Under the pieces are notes generated by a model that ran no database searches, was not told the DNA's origin, and worked only from the letters and a program-made list of their open reading frames with translations. Position numbers and translations under genes: made by a program. This document shows positions 26,581-40,433 of a stretch of DNA of 64,000 nucleotides, piece by piece. The stretch comes from Eledone cirrhosa (Eukaryota), in NCBI GenBank assembly GCA_964016885.1, contig OZ024760.1, forward strand, positions 15,996,001 to 16,060,000. The letters are read 5' to 3'. Position 1 is the first letter of the stretch, and each line of letters opens with the position of its first letter.

Positions 26581-27344
26581 TATGGAGTGAACCTTGTTTG
26601 TGTGAACGTATGTATATAATATACAGAAAATTACACACACAAATACAAACACACATACATGCATACATACACACACACACATACATACATGCATATATGC
26701 ATACACATACATAAATACATACACACATGCATAAATACATACATACACACATAAATACATACATACATACACACATAAATACATACATACATAAATACAT
26801 ACATACATAAATACATACATACATAAATACATACATACATATAAATACATACATACATACACATACATAAATACATACATACACACATAAATACATACAT
26901 ACATAAATACATACATACATAAATACATACATACACACATAAATACATAAATACATACACATACATAAATACATACATACACACATAAATACATACATAC
27001 ATAAATACATACATACATAAATACATACACATACATAAATACATACACATACATAAATACATACGCACACATGATTTATAGAAAGACACTGAGTCAAGAG
27101 CTCCCATGCACTGATGCAGGGAAGAGTGTAGGTTGACCTTTCCCTTGAGGTGGTGGGGGACTCAGGGTGTAGGGACAGGGTACCCCCCTCCCTCATCACT
27201 TCACAGTTGACCTAGATAACAGATACCAGGGTAAGTAGGTCAGGGCGGGGCTCGCCCTCACGCACCATCCTTCATCACTTTAAACTGACACAGTTGAAAG
27301 TAGATGATAACATCTGGCACAATTTGAACCCGAGGGTCATTTCA

Positions 27345-28562
27345 CTGGGTCACACACATGGCTGAGGGTCACACACACTCGTCACTGGGTCACACACACT
27401 TGTCATGGGGTCACACACACTTGTCACGGGGTCACACACATGGCTGAGGGTCACACACACTTGTCACGGGGTCACACACATGGCTGAGGGTCACACACAC
27501 TTGTCACTGGGTCACACACACTTGTCATTGGGTCACACACACTTGTCACGGGGTCACACACATGGCTGAGGGTCACACACACTTGTCACGGGGTCACACA
27601 CATAGCTGAGGGTCACACACACTTGTCACGGGGTCACACACATGGCTGAGGGTCATCTCACACTTGTCACGGGGTCACACACATGGCTGAGGGTCATCTC
27701 ACACTTGTCATTGGGTCACACACACTTGTCACGGGGGCACACACATGGCTGAGGGTCATCTCACACTTGTCATTGGGTCACACACACTTGTCACGGGGTC
27801 ACACACATGGCTGAGGGTCACACACACTTGTCACTGGGTCACACACACTTGTCATTGGGTCATCTCACACTTGTCATTGGGTCACACACACTTGTCACGG
27901 GGTCACACACAAGGCTGAGGGTCACACACACTTGTCACGGGGTCACACACACTTGTCATTGGGTCACACACACTTGTCATTGGGTCACACACACTTGTCA
28001 CGGGGTCACACACATGGCTGAGGGTCACACACACTTGTCACGGGGTCACACACATGGCTGAGGGTCACACACACTTGTCACGGGGTCACACACATGGCTG
28101 AGGGTCATCTCACACTTGTCACGGGGTCACACACATGGCTGAGGGTCATCTCACACTTGTCATTGGGTCACACACACTTGTCACGGGGTCACACACACTT
28201 GTCACGGGGGCACACACATGGCTGAGGGTCATCTCACACTTGTCATTGGGTCACACTCACTTGTCACGGGGTCACACACATGGCTGAGGGCCACACACAC
28301 TTGTCACGGGGGCACACACATGGCTGAGGGTCATCTCACACTTGTCATTGGGTCACACACACTTGTCACGGGGTCACACACACTTGTCACTGGGTCACAC
28401 ACATGGCTGAGGGTCATCTCACACTTGTCATTGGGTCACACACACTTGTCACGGGGTCACACACATGGCTGAGGGTCACACTCAGTTGTCACTGGGTCAC
28501 ACACATGGCTGAGGGTCACACTCACTTGTCACTGGGTCACACACATGGCTGAGGGTCACAGA
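27345..28562. repeat. Composite minisatellite of ~20-22-bp modules
   Basis: GGGTCACACACACTTGTCAC(G/T) alternating with GGGTCACACACATGGCTGA. Confidence 0.92.
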
Positions 28563-29114
28563 CACACACACACACATGAGATTCTGTCACACATATATGA
28601 CAGTGTGTCATACGCACGACACTGGGTCACACACATGTCACAGTGTCAACCATGTCAGATCATGTCACACACACTTGATACTGGGTCACACAAACAAGAT
28701 TGTGTCACACCCATGACACAGGGTCACAAAGTATTTGACCTCCAACCATAAAGAAATATGGGTGGGTAGGGGGTAGGGAGGAGGGTAGGGGTAGGGGGTA
28801 GAGATGAGGGTAGGGGTGGGGGGTAGAGAGGAGGGTAGGAGGTAGGTAGCTGGGTGTGTAGGTAGATAGGTGGGTAGATGTGGCTGTGGGTAGACAGTTA
28901 ACTAAATAGGTATCATCATCATCATCATTAATTAACGTCTATCTTTCATGCTAGCATGGGTCAGACGGGTCCCATTTAGAGGCAAGTTGGGTCGGGTGAC
29001 CGTGTCTTGCTGATTTAGGGGCCCTTCTGGCTGGTTTTCTACGGCTGGGTGCCCTATATATTATGGTCCATCTGCTTCCTTACCACACCTCCTTCGTTAT
29101 ATATATATATGTGA

Positions 29115-29895
29115 AGGTGGGTGGGTAGTCTGTACACATGTAGGCATGTGGGTAGATGGACAGGTAGTTGAGGGTGGGTAGATGGACAGGTAGTTGAGGG
29201 TGGATAGGTAAGTAGGTAGGTATGTGGGTAGATGGACAGGTAGTTGAGGGTGGATAGATAAGTAGGTAGTTGAGGGTGGGTAGATGGATAGGTAGTTGAG
29301 GGTGGGTAGATGGACAGGTAGTTGAGGGTGGGTAGATGGACAGGTAGTTGAGGGTGGATAGATGCAGGGTAGATAGGGTAGCTATTGTATGTGAATTGAC
29401 GGTTAGGTAGATAGAAAGTTGGGCAGATACGTGGGTGGGACGGTAAGTAGGTAGACGGGTGTATATATGTAGGTAGGTAGAAGTGTGGGTAGGTAGGTAG
29501 GTAGGCGGGTAGAAGGGTGGGTAGGTAGGTATAAGGGTGGGTAGGTAGGTAGAAGGGTGGATAGGTAGGTAGGTAGGTAGAAGTGTGGATAGGTAGGTAG
29601 AAGGGTGGGTGGATAGGTAGGTAGAAGGGTGGGTGGATAGGTAGGTAGACTGGTGGGTAGGTAGGTAGGTAGAAGGGTGGATAGGTAGGTAGAAGGGTGG
29701 ATAGGTAGGTAGAAGGGTGGATAGGTAGGTAGAAGGGTGGGTATGTAGGTAGAAGGGTGGGTAGGTAGGTAGAAGGGTGGGTAGGTAGGTAGGTAGAAGG
29801 GTGGATAGGTAGGTGGGTAGGTAGGTAGGTAGGTAGGTGGGTGGGTAGGTAGATAGGTAGAAGGGTGGGTGGGTGGGTAGGTAGAAGGGTGGGTA
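29115..29895. repeat. (GGTA)-derived G-rich minisatellite
   Basis: GGTAGGTAGAAGGGTGG(A/G)TA and GGTAGATGGACAGGTAGTTGAGGGT units. Confidence 0.85.
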
Positions 29896-30152
29896 TGCGA
29901 GTGGATGACCGAAAGAACAATTGAGTTGTGTAGCAGCCACCCGACAAAACAATGTAGTGTCACAGTGTGACAGGGTCAGTGTCACAGTGTGACAGGGTCA
30001 GTGTCACAGTGTGACAGGGTCAGGTCGCAGAATACTGCATACTCATACATGTGTATATATATATATATACAAACACACACACATATATATATATACACAT
30101 ACATATATTCATACATATACATATATATATACATACATACTCATACACATAT

Positions 30153-30191
<39 letters not shown>

Positions 30192-30430
30192 ACATACATA
30201 TACACATACATAACATATATACATAGAACATAGATACATATATGCATAACATACATACACATGCATATAAACATACACATACATATATACACGTTTACAT
30301 ACACACACATATATACATACATTAAATACGTACACAGATTTACACATATACGCATGCTTATAAACACACATGTAAACAGCCATACATACACACATACATG
30401 TACACACAAACACATAGATATGCTGAGTGA

Positions 30431-30483
<53 letters not shown>

Positions 30484-30514
30484 TGTTCGCCCTTGTTGAT
30501 TTTTCTCCGAGACA

Positions 30515-30560
<46 letters not shown>

Positions 30561-30656
30561 TACATACATACACACATATAATCAGGCATGTATTATACAC
30601 GCCGTTCAAAAAACTGCGTGTTAAGTCAATACACCATACTCAACAAATTCATGTGT

Positions 30657-30688
<32 letters not shown>

Positions 30689-30953
30689 TATATACACATA
30701 TATATGTATGTATGTGTATGTGTGTGTGTGTGTGTATGTTATCTAGTCATTGATCTAATTTCACACACACACACACATACAAGCGTAAATACATACGTGT
30801 TATTATAAATAGTCATACACATATGTCTGTGTATACATATACAAGCAAATCTGCACACATATATATATATATATATACACATTTATATGTATAAATACAC
30901 ACATACATATATATGCACTTTTATACATTCATACACACACACATATATATAAA

Positions 30954-31028
<75 letters not shown>

Positions 31029-32063
31029 GTGTTATACATGGGAAGGTACATATACAAAAATAACTCGAGTGTAGAAAAATCGGGTATATAGAATATGTAT
31101 ATATTTATTTATGTATATATATACACCCGATTCGCGATTAGCAATAAATTGTGTGTCGAATCCCGTCGGCGTATTTCGTTTAGATTTCGATTTCAAATTA
31201 GTGTGGGTGAGTGTAGAATATTCAACATACATACACACTGAAATATATATATATATATATATATTTCAGTGTATATGTATATATATATATATATATTTCA
31301 GTGTATATATATATATATATATACATATACACACACAGAAAAAGAAAAATATAAAGTGAGACATAGGCAGATATGTGCATACGTAAAAAAAAATTAGTTG
31401 TAAATTCATATAAATACACTGACACATATATATATATTAAATAACTCCGTGTATGTATATATACTCTCTCTCTCTATATATATTATATATATATATATAT
31501 ATATATTACTATATGTATATGTATATAGAGAGAGATCGGGAGTAAGAGCGCGTGTTGTATATTTATATAGATAGTTAGTTAAGAGAAAATACTAACACAT
31601 TATTACATACATACGTGTAATAATGTATATCTAACACATATATCCTATATATATATATATATATATATATCTTATATACACACACATATATATATATATA
31701 TATATCTTATACACATACACATATATAATATATATATAGAGGATGCATATATCGTATATATATACAACATACACATATATATAACATATGTATATATATA
31801 TATATACATATATAGGCTACATATATTCTTTATATATATAACATACACATATATAATATATATATAGCATATATATATATATATATATATACGTACATAC
31901 ATGCAAACACACCTCTATGTAAAAGTGCCCCCCCCCCCTCACCTTCCTGTCGTTCTATATGAATGCTAAGGTAAATGCTTTGACCACATCACAGCTTTCT
32001 TACACCACAAACAAACCACCACACCAGCACCACACAAGCACATCACCACCACACCGAACTTAC

Positions 32064-32166
32064 CTTCAAATAATCCACCATCGCACGTCTTAAACTTTTT
32101 CTTCAACACTTCTTCCACGCGAAATTTCTTCCGTAGAAATTCTTTTTCTTTAGCTGGTTCCACCAT
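32064..32166 (-). CDS. Probable first coding exon (MVEPAKEKEFLRKKFRVEEVLKKKFKTCDGGLFE + 1 nt)
   Basis: AAAAATGG start context; unique sequence among microsatellites; ends in a consensus donor AAG|GTAAGT (GT at 32063-32062); 103 nt gives phase 1, matching the acceptor at 1393. Confidence 0.65.
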
Positions 32167-32326
32167 TTTTAGAGTGCGCGCTATATGTGTGTGTGCGTGC
32201 GTGCCTGTATGTGTGTATGTGTATGTGAGTGCGTCTATATGTATACGTATACATGCATCTGTCTCTGTGTGTGTGTGTGTGTATGTAATTTTGTATGTAT
32301 AAATATATATATTTATATTTTTATTG

Positions 32327-32372
<46 letters not shown>

Positions 32373-32649
32373 GTGTATTTATATTTTTATTGATGTATAT
32401 ATATATTTATCTGTGTGTGTGTGTACGTGTGTGTGTGTGTGTACGTATGCGTATGTGTCTATATGCATCTGTGTGTGTGTGTATTTAAGTATGTACAAAT
32501 ATATATATTTATATTGATGTATATATATATATATGTGTATGTATATTTTTATTCATGTATATATATATATGTGTGTGTGTGTATATTTGTATTGATGTGT
32601 GTATATATATATATATATATATGTGTGTATGTGTATGAGTGTGTGCGTG

Positions 32650-32750
32650 TATCCCCCCCTTTACGCTAACGCACTGAAGGAGCGAGCGTGTGCCATGCTA
32701 CCATGCTTATGACGTCACTGTATATCCGCCTAATAAGGTCTCACATAACC
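32650..32750 (-). promoter_or_regulatory. Candidate promoter island with a full CRE palindrome TGACGTCA (32710-32717)
   Basis: Short CpG-containing unique island about 500-580 bp upstream of the ATG at 32166, flanked by simple repeats. Confidence 0.3.
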
Positions 32751-33088
32751 CCACCACCACCACCATCACCCCTACTACAATACCACCACCACCAATACTA
32801 CTACTACAATACTACTACTACAATACCACCACTACTACTACTACTACAATGCCACTACTATTGCTACTACTTCTACTACAATACCACCACTACTACTACT
32901 ACTACTGCTACTACTACTACTACAATTCCCCCGTCACCGCCCCCACCACTACTACAATGCTATCACCACCACCGCCACCTCTACACCTCCTGTAGTAAAG
33001 TGTTAGTGGTGGTATAGGTGGTGTACTCTGTGTTGGTACCGTTGTGCATACATATATGTATACATATATGCATACACATACATATCAG

Positions 33089-33125
<37 letters not shown>

Positions 33126-33184
33126 ATATGTATATGTATCTATCTATGTATATATATATGTGTGTATATATCTATATATATATA

Positions 33185-33231
<47 letters not shown>

Positions 33232-33745
33232 AAAATTGAAGTTAGTTCATTATTTATGACTTTTATATAATAAAAAAAATTGAAGGCGGGGGGAGGGGGA
33301 GTAGCCCCTCTCTCACTTCTATTAAACACCTGCCACTACCACTACTACTACTACTGCTACTACTACTACTACTGCTGATGCTGCTACTACTGCTACTACT
33401 ACTATTACTGCTGCTACTACTACTACTGTTGCTACTACTACTACTACTACTACTGCTACTACTACTACTACTACTGGTACTACTACTAGTGCTACTGCTA
33501 ACACAAGTACTACTACAGCAACTACAACTACAACCACCACAATAACTACTACTATTAGTACTTCTACTATTAATACCACCACTACTAACACTACAATTAC
33601 TACTACAACTACTACTACTTCATACCTTCACCACCAACACTCATTCACATACACACACACACACACACTTTCACACACAGACACACACACATGTATATAT
33701 GTATATATATTTATATATATATATATATACATGTATATATATATA

Positions 33746-33794
<49 letters not shown>

Positions 33795-33874
33795 ACATAT
33801 ATATGTATATATATATATGTGTATATATATATCTATGTATATATGTGTATATATATATATGTGTGTACATATAT

Positions 33875-33967
<93 letters not shown>

Positions 33968-35993
33968 GCATTATCAACATACATCTACAAGCATATGCAT
34001 ATACGATTATTCAGTCACACTCGTGGTGTGATACAATTGATTCACATGCGTGTATATACATTTACATAAACATTTATACATACATGCATATATATATACA
34101 GAGTCAGGCACGTATATACACACAGCTAACTCTAGACACGTTTGATCTAAATTTGTGTATTTATTGTTCTATACAAATGTATGTAGTACCGTTAATGGGA
34201 GATGAGTATAAACTTGCACTCATCCGAGTGACACGTAAGGATGTTCACACCACCACCCCACACACACACATACATACATACATACATAGAGAGGTACATA
34301 CACACATACATACATACATACATACATACATACATACATACATAGAGAGGTACATACACACATAGAGAGGTACATACACACATACATACATACATACATA
34401 CATAGAGAGGTACATACACACATACACACATAGAGAGGTACATACACACATACATACATACATACATACATAGAGAGGTACATACACACATACATACATA
34501 GAGAGGTACATACACACATACATACATACATACATACATAGAGAGGTACATACACACATACATACATACATAGAGAGGTACATACACACATACATACATA
34601 CGCAGAGAGGTACATACACACACACATACATACATACATAGAGAGGTACATACACACACACATACATACATACGCAGAGAGGCACATACACACAGTTGCA
34701 TACATAGAGAAGCGCGCACTCCTGCCACACATACATACAGAGGCACATACACACACACAGGCATACTCACACAAACATACAAAGTTACACACGTACACAT
34801 ACACAGAGGCATACATACGCTACACACACACACACACAGAGGTGCACACGTACACATACACATAGGCGCACACACACACAGACGCATACACACACGCACA
34901 CACACAGAGGCATACACGCACACACACACACACACAGAGGCGCACACGTCACATACACAGAGTCATACACACACACAGCGGCACACACACACACACAGAG
35001 GCGCACACGTCACATACACAGAGGCATACACACACACGCACGCACACACACTCAGAGGCATACACACACACACACACACACAGGCACATACATACAGACA
35101 CACACACACACACATCACTTTGTACTTTTAAACTAGATTAAAAGACAAGTTCATTCATATTCATACACTGAAGCATTTTGCATACATAAACACATATACA
35201 TACACACATACATACACATATACATACACACATACCCAGTCACACACACACATACACACACTCACACACACATACACACACTCACACACAAGGACACACA
35301 CACACACATACACTCATACTCAGTCACACACACACGGACACACATACACACACTCACACACTCACATACACATATGGACGCACATACACACACACACACA
35401 CACACATACACACACACATACACACACACACGGACACACTCACACACACACATACATACACACGGACACACACACACTCACACACATACGCACACAGAGA
35501 CACACATACACAAAACGGACACACATAAACGCTCAAGGACACACATACACGCACTCACACACACATACACACATACATACACACACTCACATACACCCAC
35601 TCACACACAAGGACACAAACTCACACACACATACACACTCACACATACACACAAGGACACGCGTACACACGCACAAGGACACACACTCACGGACACACAT
35701 ACACACTCACACATACACACAGGGACACGAGTACACACGCACAAGAACACAAACTCACACACACATACACACTCACACATACACACAGGGACACGCGTAC
35801 ACACGCACAAGGACACACACTCACGGACACACATACACACTCACACACGCACAAGGACACATACTAACACACACACACACACCTAATTAGCCATAGCTCA
35901 TTTGTTAACAGAACTCTGGCAGTGTCAACGCACAACGATGTATATATATATATATATATCTGTGTATATGTGTTTATACATGCAGATGTACAT

Positions 35994-36037
<44 letters not shown>

Positions 36038-36101
36038 TTAAAGGAAACAAAATACACAGATGTATTCGGTTCACGCATATATATATATATATATATATAT
36101 A

Positions 36102-36305
36102 TAGGAACGAGTAGGACCCCGACGGCTGAGCTCAAGCCGTTTCGACGGCTAATTCTGGACTCATTAGCCGTCCAGAATTAGCCGTCGAAACAGCTTGAGC
36201 TCAGCCGTCGGGGTCCTACTCGTTCCTATTACCCACTCTACTACCCTAAGTATTGAGTACTCTGGTGCGTTATGGTCCACCTCGTTCCTTACCACATTTC
36301 CTTCG

Positions 36306-36308
<3 letters not shown>
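36102..36308 (+). mobile_element. Fold-back element family P (palindrome + ~80-bp tail) inserted in (TA)n
   Basis: Palindrome 36102-36228 around GACGGCTA..TAGCCGTC-GAAAC; tail ACCCACTCTACTACCCTAAGTATTGAGTACTCTGGTGCG...CCTTCGTTATA. Confidence 0.8.
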
Positions 36309-36345
<37 letters not shown>

Positions 36346-36429
36346 ACACACGCACATATTTATATGTATATATATGTGGAAAAAATGTCTTTAGATAAAA
36401 AATGTCTTTAGATAAAAATAACAGGTCCT

Positions 36430-36765
36430 TTCATGTTGCCATCTCTTGCATTGGCCCCACTCGGTCACGAATGTCCAAGGTTTCGCGCCTAGAAAGTTTC
36501 CCTCCGAGCTACAAGTCTGGGCAAGGTTTTTTTGTGGAAGACCAGTAGTCGCCCATGGATACCAGTTTCCCTCTCCACGTCACAGATGTTGTCCAAGGGA
36601 AAGGAAATGACCGATACATCTTGGCACCAGTGACGTCACAACTCATTTCTACAGCTGAGTGAACTGGAGCAACGTGAAATAAAGTGTCTTGCTCAAGGGT
36701 CCGAGAATTGAACTCTCAATCTCTCAATTGCAAGAGCAATGCTCTAACCACTAAGCCACGTGCCT

Positions 36766-36768
<3 letters not shown>
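36430..36768 (-). mobile_element. SINE with family A head/core but a different 3' tail
   Basis: 36643-36768 matches family A; 36430-36640 does not match the tails at 18180 or 23784. Confidence 0.7.
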
Positions 36769-36853
<85 letters not shown>

Positions 36854-36877
36854 CTCTTCTGTCATTACTACCAAAGG

Positions 36878-36962
36878 GGTCCGACGAGCCATTGATTACA
36901 GAGTCGGGCTAAATCGATAAAGGTTGAACCTTGAGCTGGTCAATAGCGAAACGCGCGTCACC
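36878..36962 (+). ncRNA. Type I hammerhead, long stem II, core U>C change
   Basis: GGT-CCGACGA-GCCATTGAT...GTCAATAGC-GAAA-CGCGCG-TC-ACC. Confidence 0.7.
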
Positions 36963-36984
36963 AACCAATAAACGTCCTTGTTTT

Positions 36985-37045
<61 letters not shown>

Positions 37046-37081
37046 TTATATATACATTATATATATACATGTATATATATT

Positions 37082-37430
37082 TGCGGCTGAGAACAAATGA
37101 GATTGAGACGAAGTATTTGGTAGAGAATATTAAGAAGCCTGAGAAGATTATGAATGTAGGCGGGAAGCTGCGAGAGTTGGTTGAGGACTTCCTGTATCTG
37201 GGAGCAAAGATTGGGACTACAGAAGATGAGATGATGTGGTTGAGAGGAAGAGCAAAGTCTGGGCGACGTGCCACAGTTTGAGATAGGTGTGGAAGTCAGA
37301 CCTTCGTTGCTCAGTGGAGTCTGTGCTTCTGTACGGGTCTGAGACTTGGACACTGACCAAGAAACTCACTCAGATGGTGGATGGGTGATATACGAGAATG
37401 GTGAGGATGGCTCTGAACATTAATCAGTAT
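37082..37430 (+). pseudogene. RTE-type RT C-terminal fragment
   Basis: LRLRTNEIETKY...ELVEDFLYLGAKI...SVLLYGSETWTLTKK; small related piece at 60600-60697. Confidence 0.75.
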
Positions 37431-37710
37431 ACACTATGCATATATCAGATAAGTAGCACTCAACACTTGGTAGAACTGGAGTATATATAAAGAAGAAATT
37501 AAAAGATGGTTAAAAAAGTTCCATATATTTTATTATGCTTATTTCGAAAACAACATCATCCCAGGATGATGTTGTTTTCGAAATGCGCATAATAAAATAT
37601 ATGGAACTTTTTTAACCATCTTTTAATTATTTTTTCGTAAAGTGCTTCCAATCTACTGTAAAACTTATTCTTTGACATACTCATTGAATATTGTTTAACA
37701 CTTTAATATA

Positions 37711-37775
<65 letters not shown>

Positions 37776-37790
37776 AAGTGTTAAACAATA

Positions 37791-38317
37791 TTCGTCATGC
37801 CAAGTTCATTGTGCAGAATATTCTCAACTCTCTCATGGGGTATGCTAATAGCATTGGCTATTTGATTTATAGTCAATCCCCTGTCATCCATCGCCATGTG
37901 GTGAACACGGTCAATCTTTCCCCTGGTGGTGGCAGTTGCAGGACCTCCAGACCTTGGGTCATCTTCAAGACTCTCCTTTTCCGTCCTAAATTCAGCTGCC
38001 CACTTTTACACTGTTGACAAAGCTGGAGCGTCATCCCCTAATGTAGCAACGATGTCAGCATGAATGTCTTAGGGGGAGCTAGACCCTTTTTTCTGCAGGT
38101 ACTTGGTAACACAACGATGCCAAGTTTTGTCCATTTTCAAGAGAAGTCGCAACTGGTTACATTTGAAGTCTTCTTTGAAGAGTGAGATCTCAGTTTGCCT
38201 GGAGAGAAACGATGCAGTTATTAATAAGAAGAGTTTGAAATTAATGCATGCAAGATTTAACAGCTCTAGCATCATTCCTTCATAGTCAGCCTATGAACTT
38301 TTCAGCCCACACTAATA
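37791..38317 (-). mobile_element. Mariner relic: 5' terminus and N-terminal HTH region of transposase
   Basis: ATG at 38134: MDKTWHRCVTKYLQKKGSSP*DIHADIVATLGDDAPALSTV*KWAAEFRTEKESLEDDPRSGGPATATT...ERVENILHNELGMT; TIR-like GGGCTGAAAAGTTCATAGGCTGAC at 38309-38286. Confidence 0.9.
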
Positions 38318-38906
38318 TGTAAGTATGTATGCCTGCGTATAGGCACGCATACATGCATATATGCATGCATACATGCACACATACATGCATGTGTGTGTGC
38401 ATGTATGTGTGCATGTATGCATGTGTGTACGTGTTAAATATTCCTACTACTACCAATACTACTATTACCAATACTACTACTACCACTCCTACTACTACTA
38501 CTACTACTACTACTATTATTACTACCCCCACCACTACTACTACTACTACTACTACCACTCCTACTACAATCAATACTACTACTACTACTATTACTATCAC
38601 CACCACCACCACCACTAATACCACCACTATCACCACCACCACTACTACCGCTACTACTATTACTACCACCACCACTACTACCACTACCACTCCTACCACT
38701 ACCACCACTCCTACTACTGCGGCTCCTGCTACTACTACTACTGACATACTTTACGTGTCTATAGTCACGTATCAATGGGGCCGAATGAATAAAGGGGTTC
38801 CTAAGTGTGTGTGTGTGTATATATGTGTGTGTATGTGTATGTGTGTATGTGTACGTGTATGTGTGTATATGTGTGTGTATGTATGTATGTATATACATAC
38901 ATACAT

Positions 38907-38937
<31 letters not shown>

Positions 38938-39029
38938 TACACATACACATACACACATACACACACATATATATAACACCTGCAACCCTGATGGTATCCA
39001 ATGATGTTGACTTGTTCTTCTTTTTGGTA

Positions 39030-39920
39030 AATATCATCTTGGTTAAGAGAGTGGGACTGGCTTTGTGCAGTGCCTTTGCTCACTATAAAAGCTTCACGGC
39101 ACAGGCATTGCTTTATATCTGGAGATCTCTCTGCACTTGTCGTCACATGGTACCATAGACCCAGCACTATGTGTCAGTAATTGTCATAAGTGTAGTGTTT
39201 GTACCAGAGTTTTCAAGTCGCTGGCTGGACTAAAGAGTCACACTTGTTCAGCGCATTGGTAGGGGTTCTCCTACATGGATATAAAGTAGTGGCCATACTC
39301 GAAAACGAGTTGGCAGCCACCATGTAAGTATGTATACCTGTCGCATGGTGGGGTTGTCGGCGACTAAACCGGCAACCCCACAAAGTTTACTTGGTGAGGA
39401 GGGAGATTTTGGACACCCTGCAGGACAAAAAACAAAACCTGACAAAGGGCGGAAGAACTCATAAGAGTCAACGGCCATCCAAAAGTGTGTAAATATATAC
39501 ATACACATGTACATGTGTATGTATATGTATATGTGTATATACACGGGTGCTTGTGTATGTATATGCGCGGGGGCATAGAAATAATCGGGCTGGACACCCG
39601 ATCGCGCGGTTAAACCACTGGGAGTGAAGGACCCCTAGCCTTTGTCAGGGCATTCTTCTAGGAGAAGGCAACTCAGGAAACTGGGATAACTCCGACATAA
39701 AACCTGCGGCTCAGTAGTTACCGATGATGTTGAGCTTTTCTTCTTTTCGGGTTAGAGCTAGTGTCGCTCAGAGAGTGGGATTGGCTCAGTGCACAGTCTT
39801 TCCTCACTTTAAAAATATATCTTCATGCACAGGCATTGCACGATAGAATTAATTAATAATAATTAATAATGGTATATCATGCAATGGCCATACTCGATAA
39901 CGAGGGGGCAGCCATCATCA
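39030..39920 (+). mobile_element. Cluster of short RTE-derived pieces (5'UTR-like segment joined to 3' tail)
   Basis: Shared AGAGAGTGGGA..GCACAGGCATTGC (39036, 39770) and shared tail GGCCATACTCGA.AACGAG..GGCAGCCA (39291, 39886); CSVCTRVFKSLAGLKSH zinc finger at ~39190. Confidence 0.55.
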
Positions 39921-40206
39921 TGTATGTATGTATGTGTGTATGTATGTGTGTATGTATGTGTGTATGTGTGTGTGTATGTGTGTGTTGTGCTTGCAGTTGG
40001 GCTGGTGGTGATGGTGGTGTTGGTGGTGGTGTTGGTGGTGGTCTTGGTGGTGATGGTGGCGGTGGTGATAATGGTGGTGGTGGTGGTGGTGTGGAATAGC
40101 GTGATTATTCATCTTAGTGTAGATACCAGTTGATAAAAGGAAGTGTATATGGGGCAGGGAATATGATCAGCACACAACTATATATATATATATACACACA
40201 CATAAT

Positions 40207-40247
<41 letters not shown>

Positions 40248-40299
40248 TTTATTATGTGCCCCAGCATGGCCTTAGCCGGATGGCTGGAACGAGTAAAAG

Positions 40300-40333
<34 letters not shown>

Positions 40334-40402
40334 TATATAATATATATACGTATGTGTGTGTGTATGTATATATATATATATATATACGTACACACACACA
40401 AT

Positions 40403-40433
<31 letters not shown>

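Noticed and set aside
39185-39260. C2H2 zinc-finger gene exon
   Set aside because: Single finger directly followed by a repeated retroelement tail; fits an RTE ORF C-terminus.
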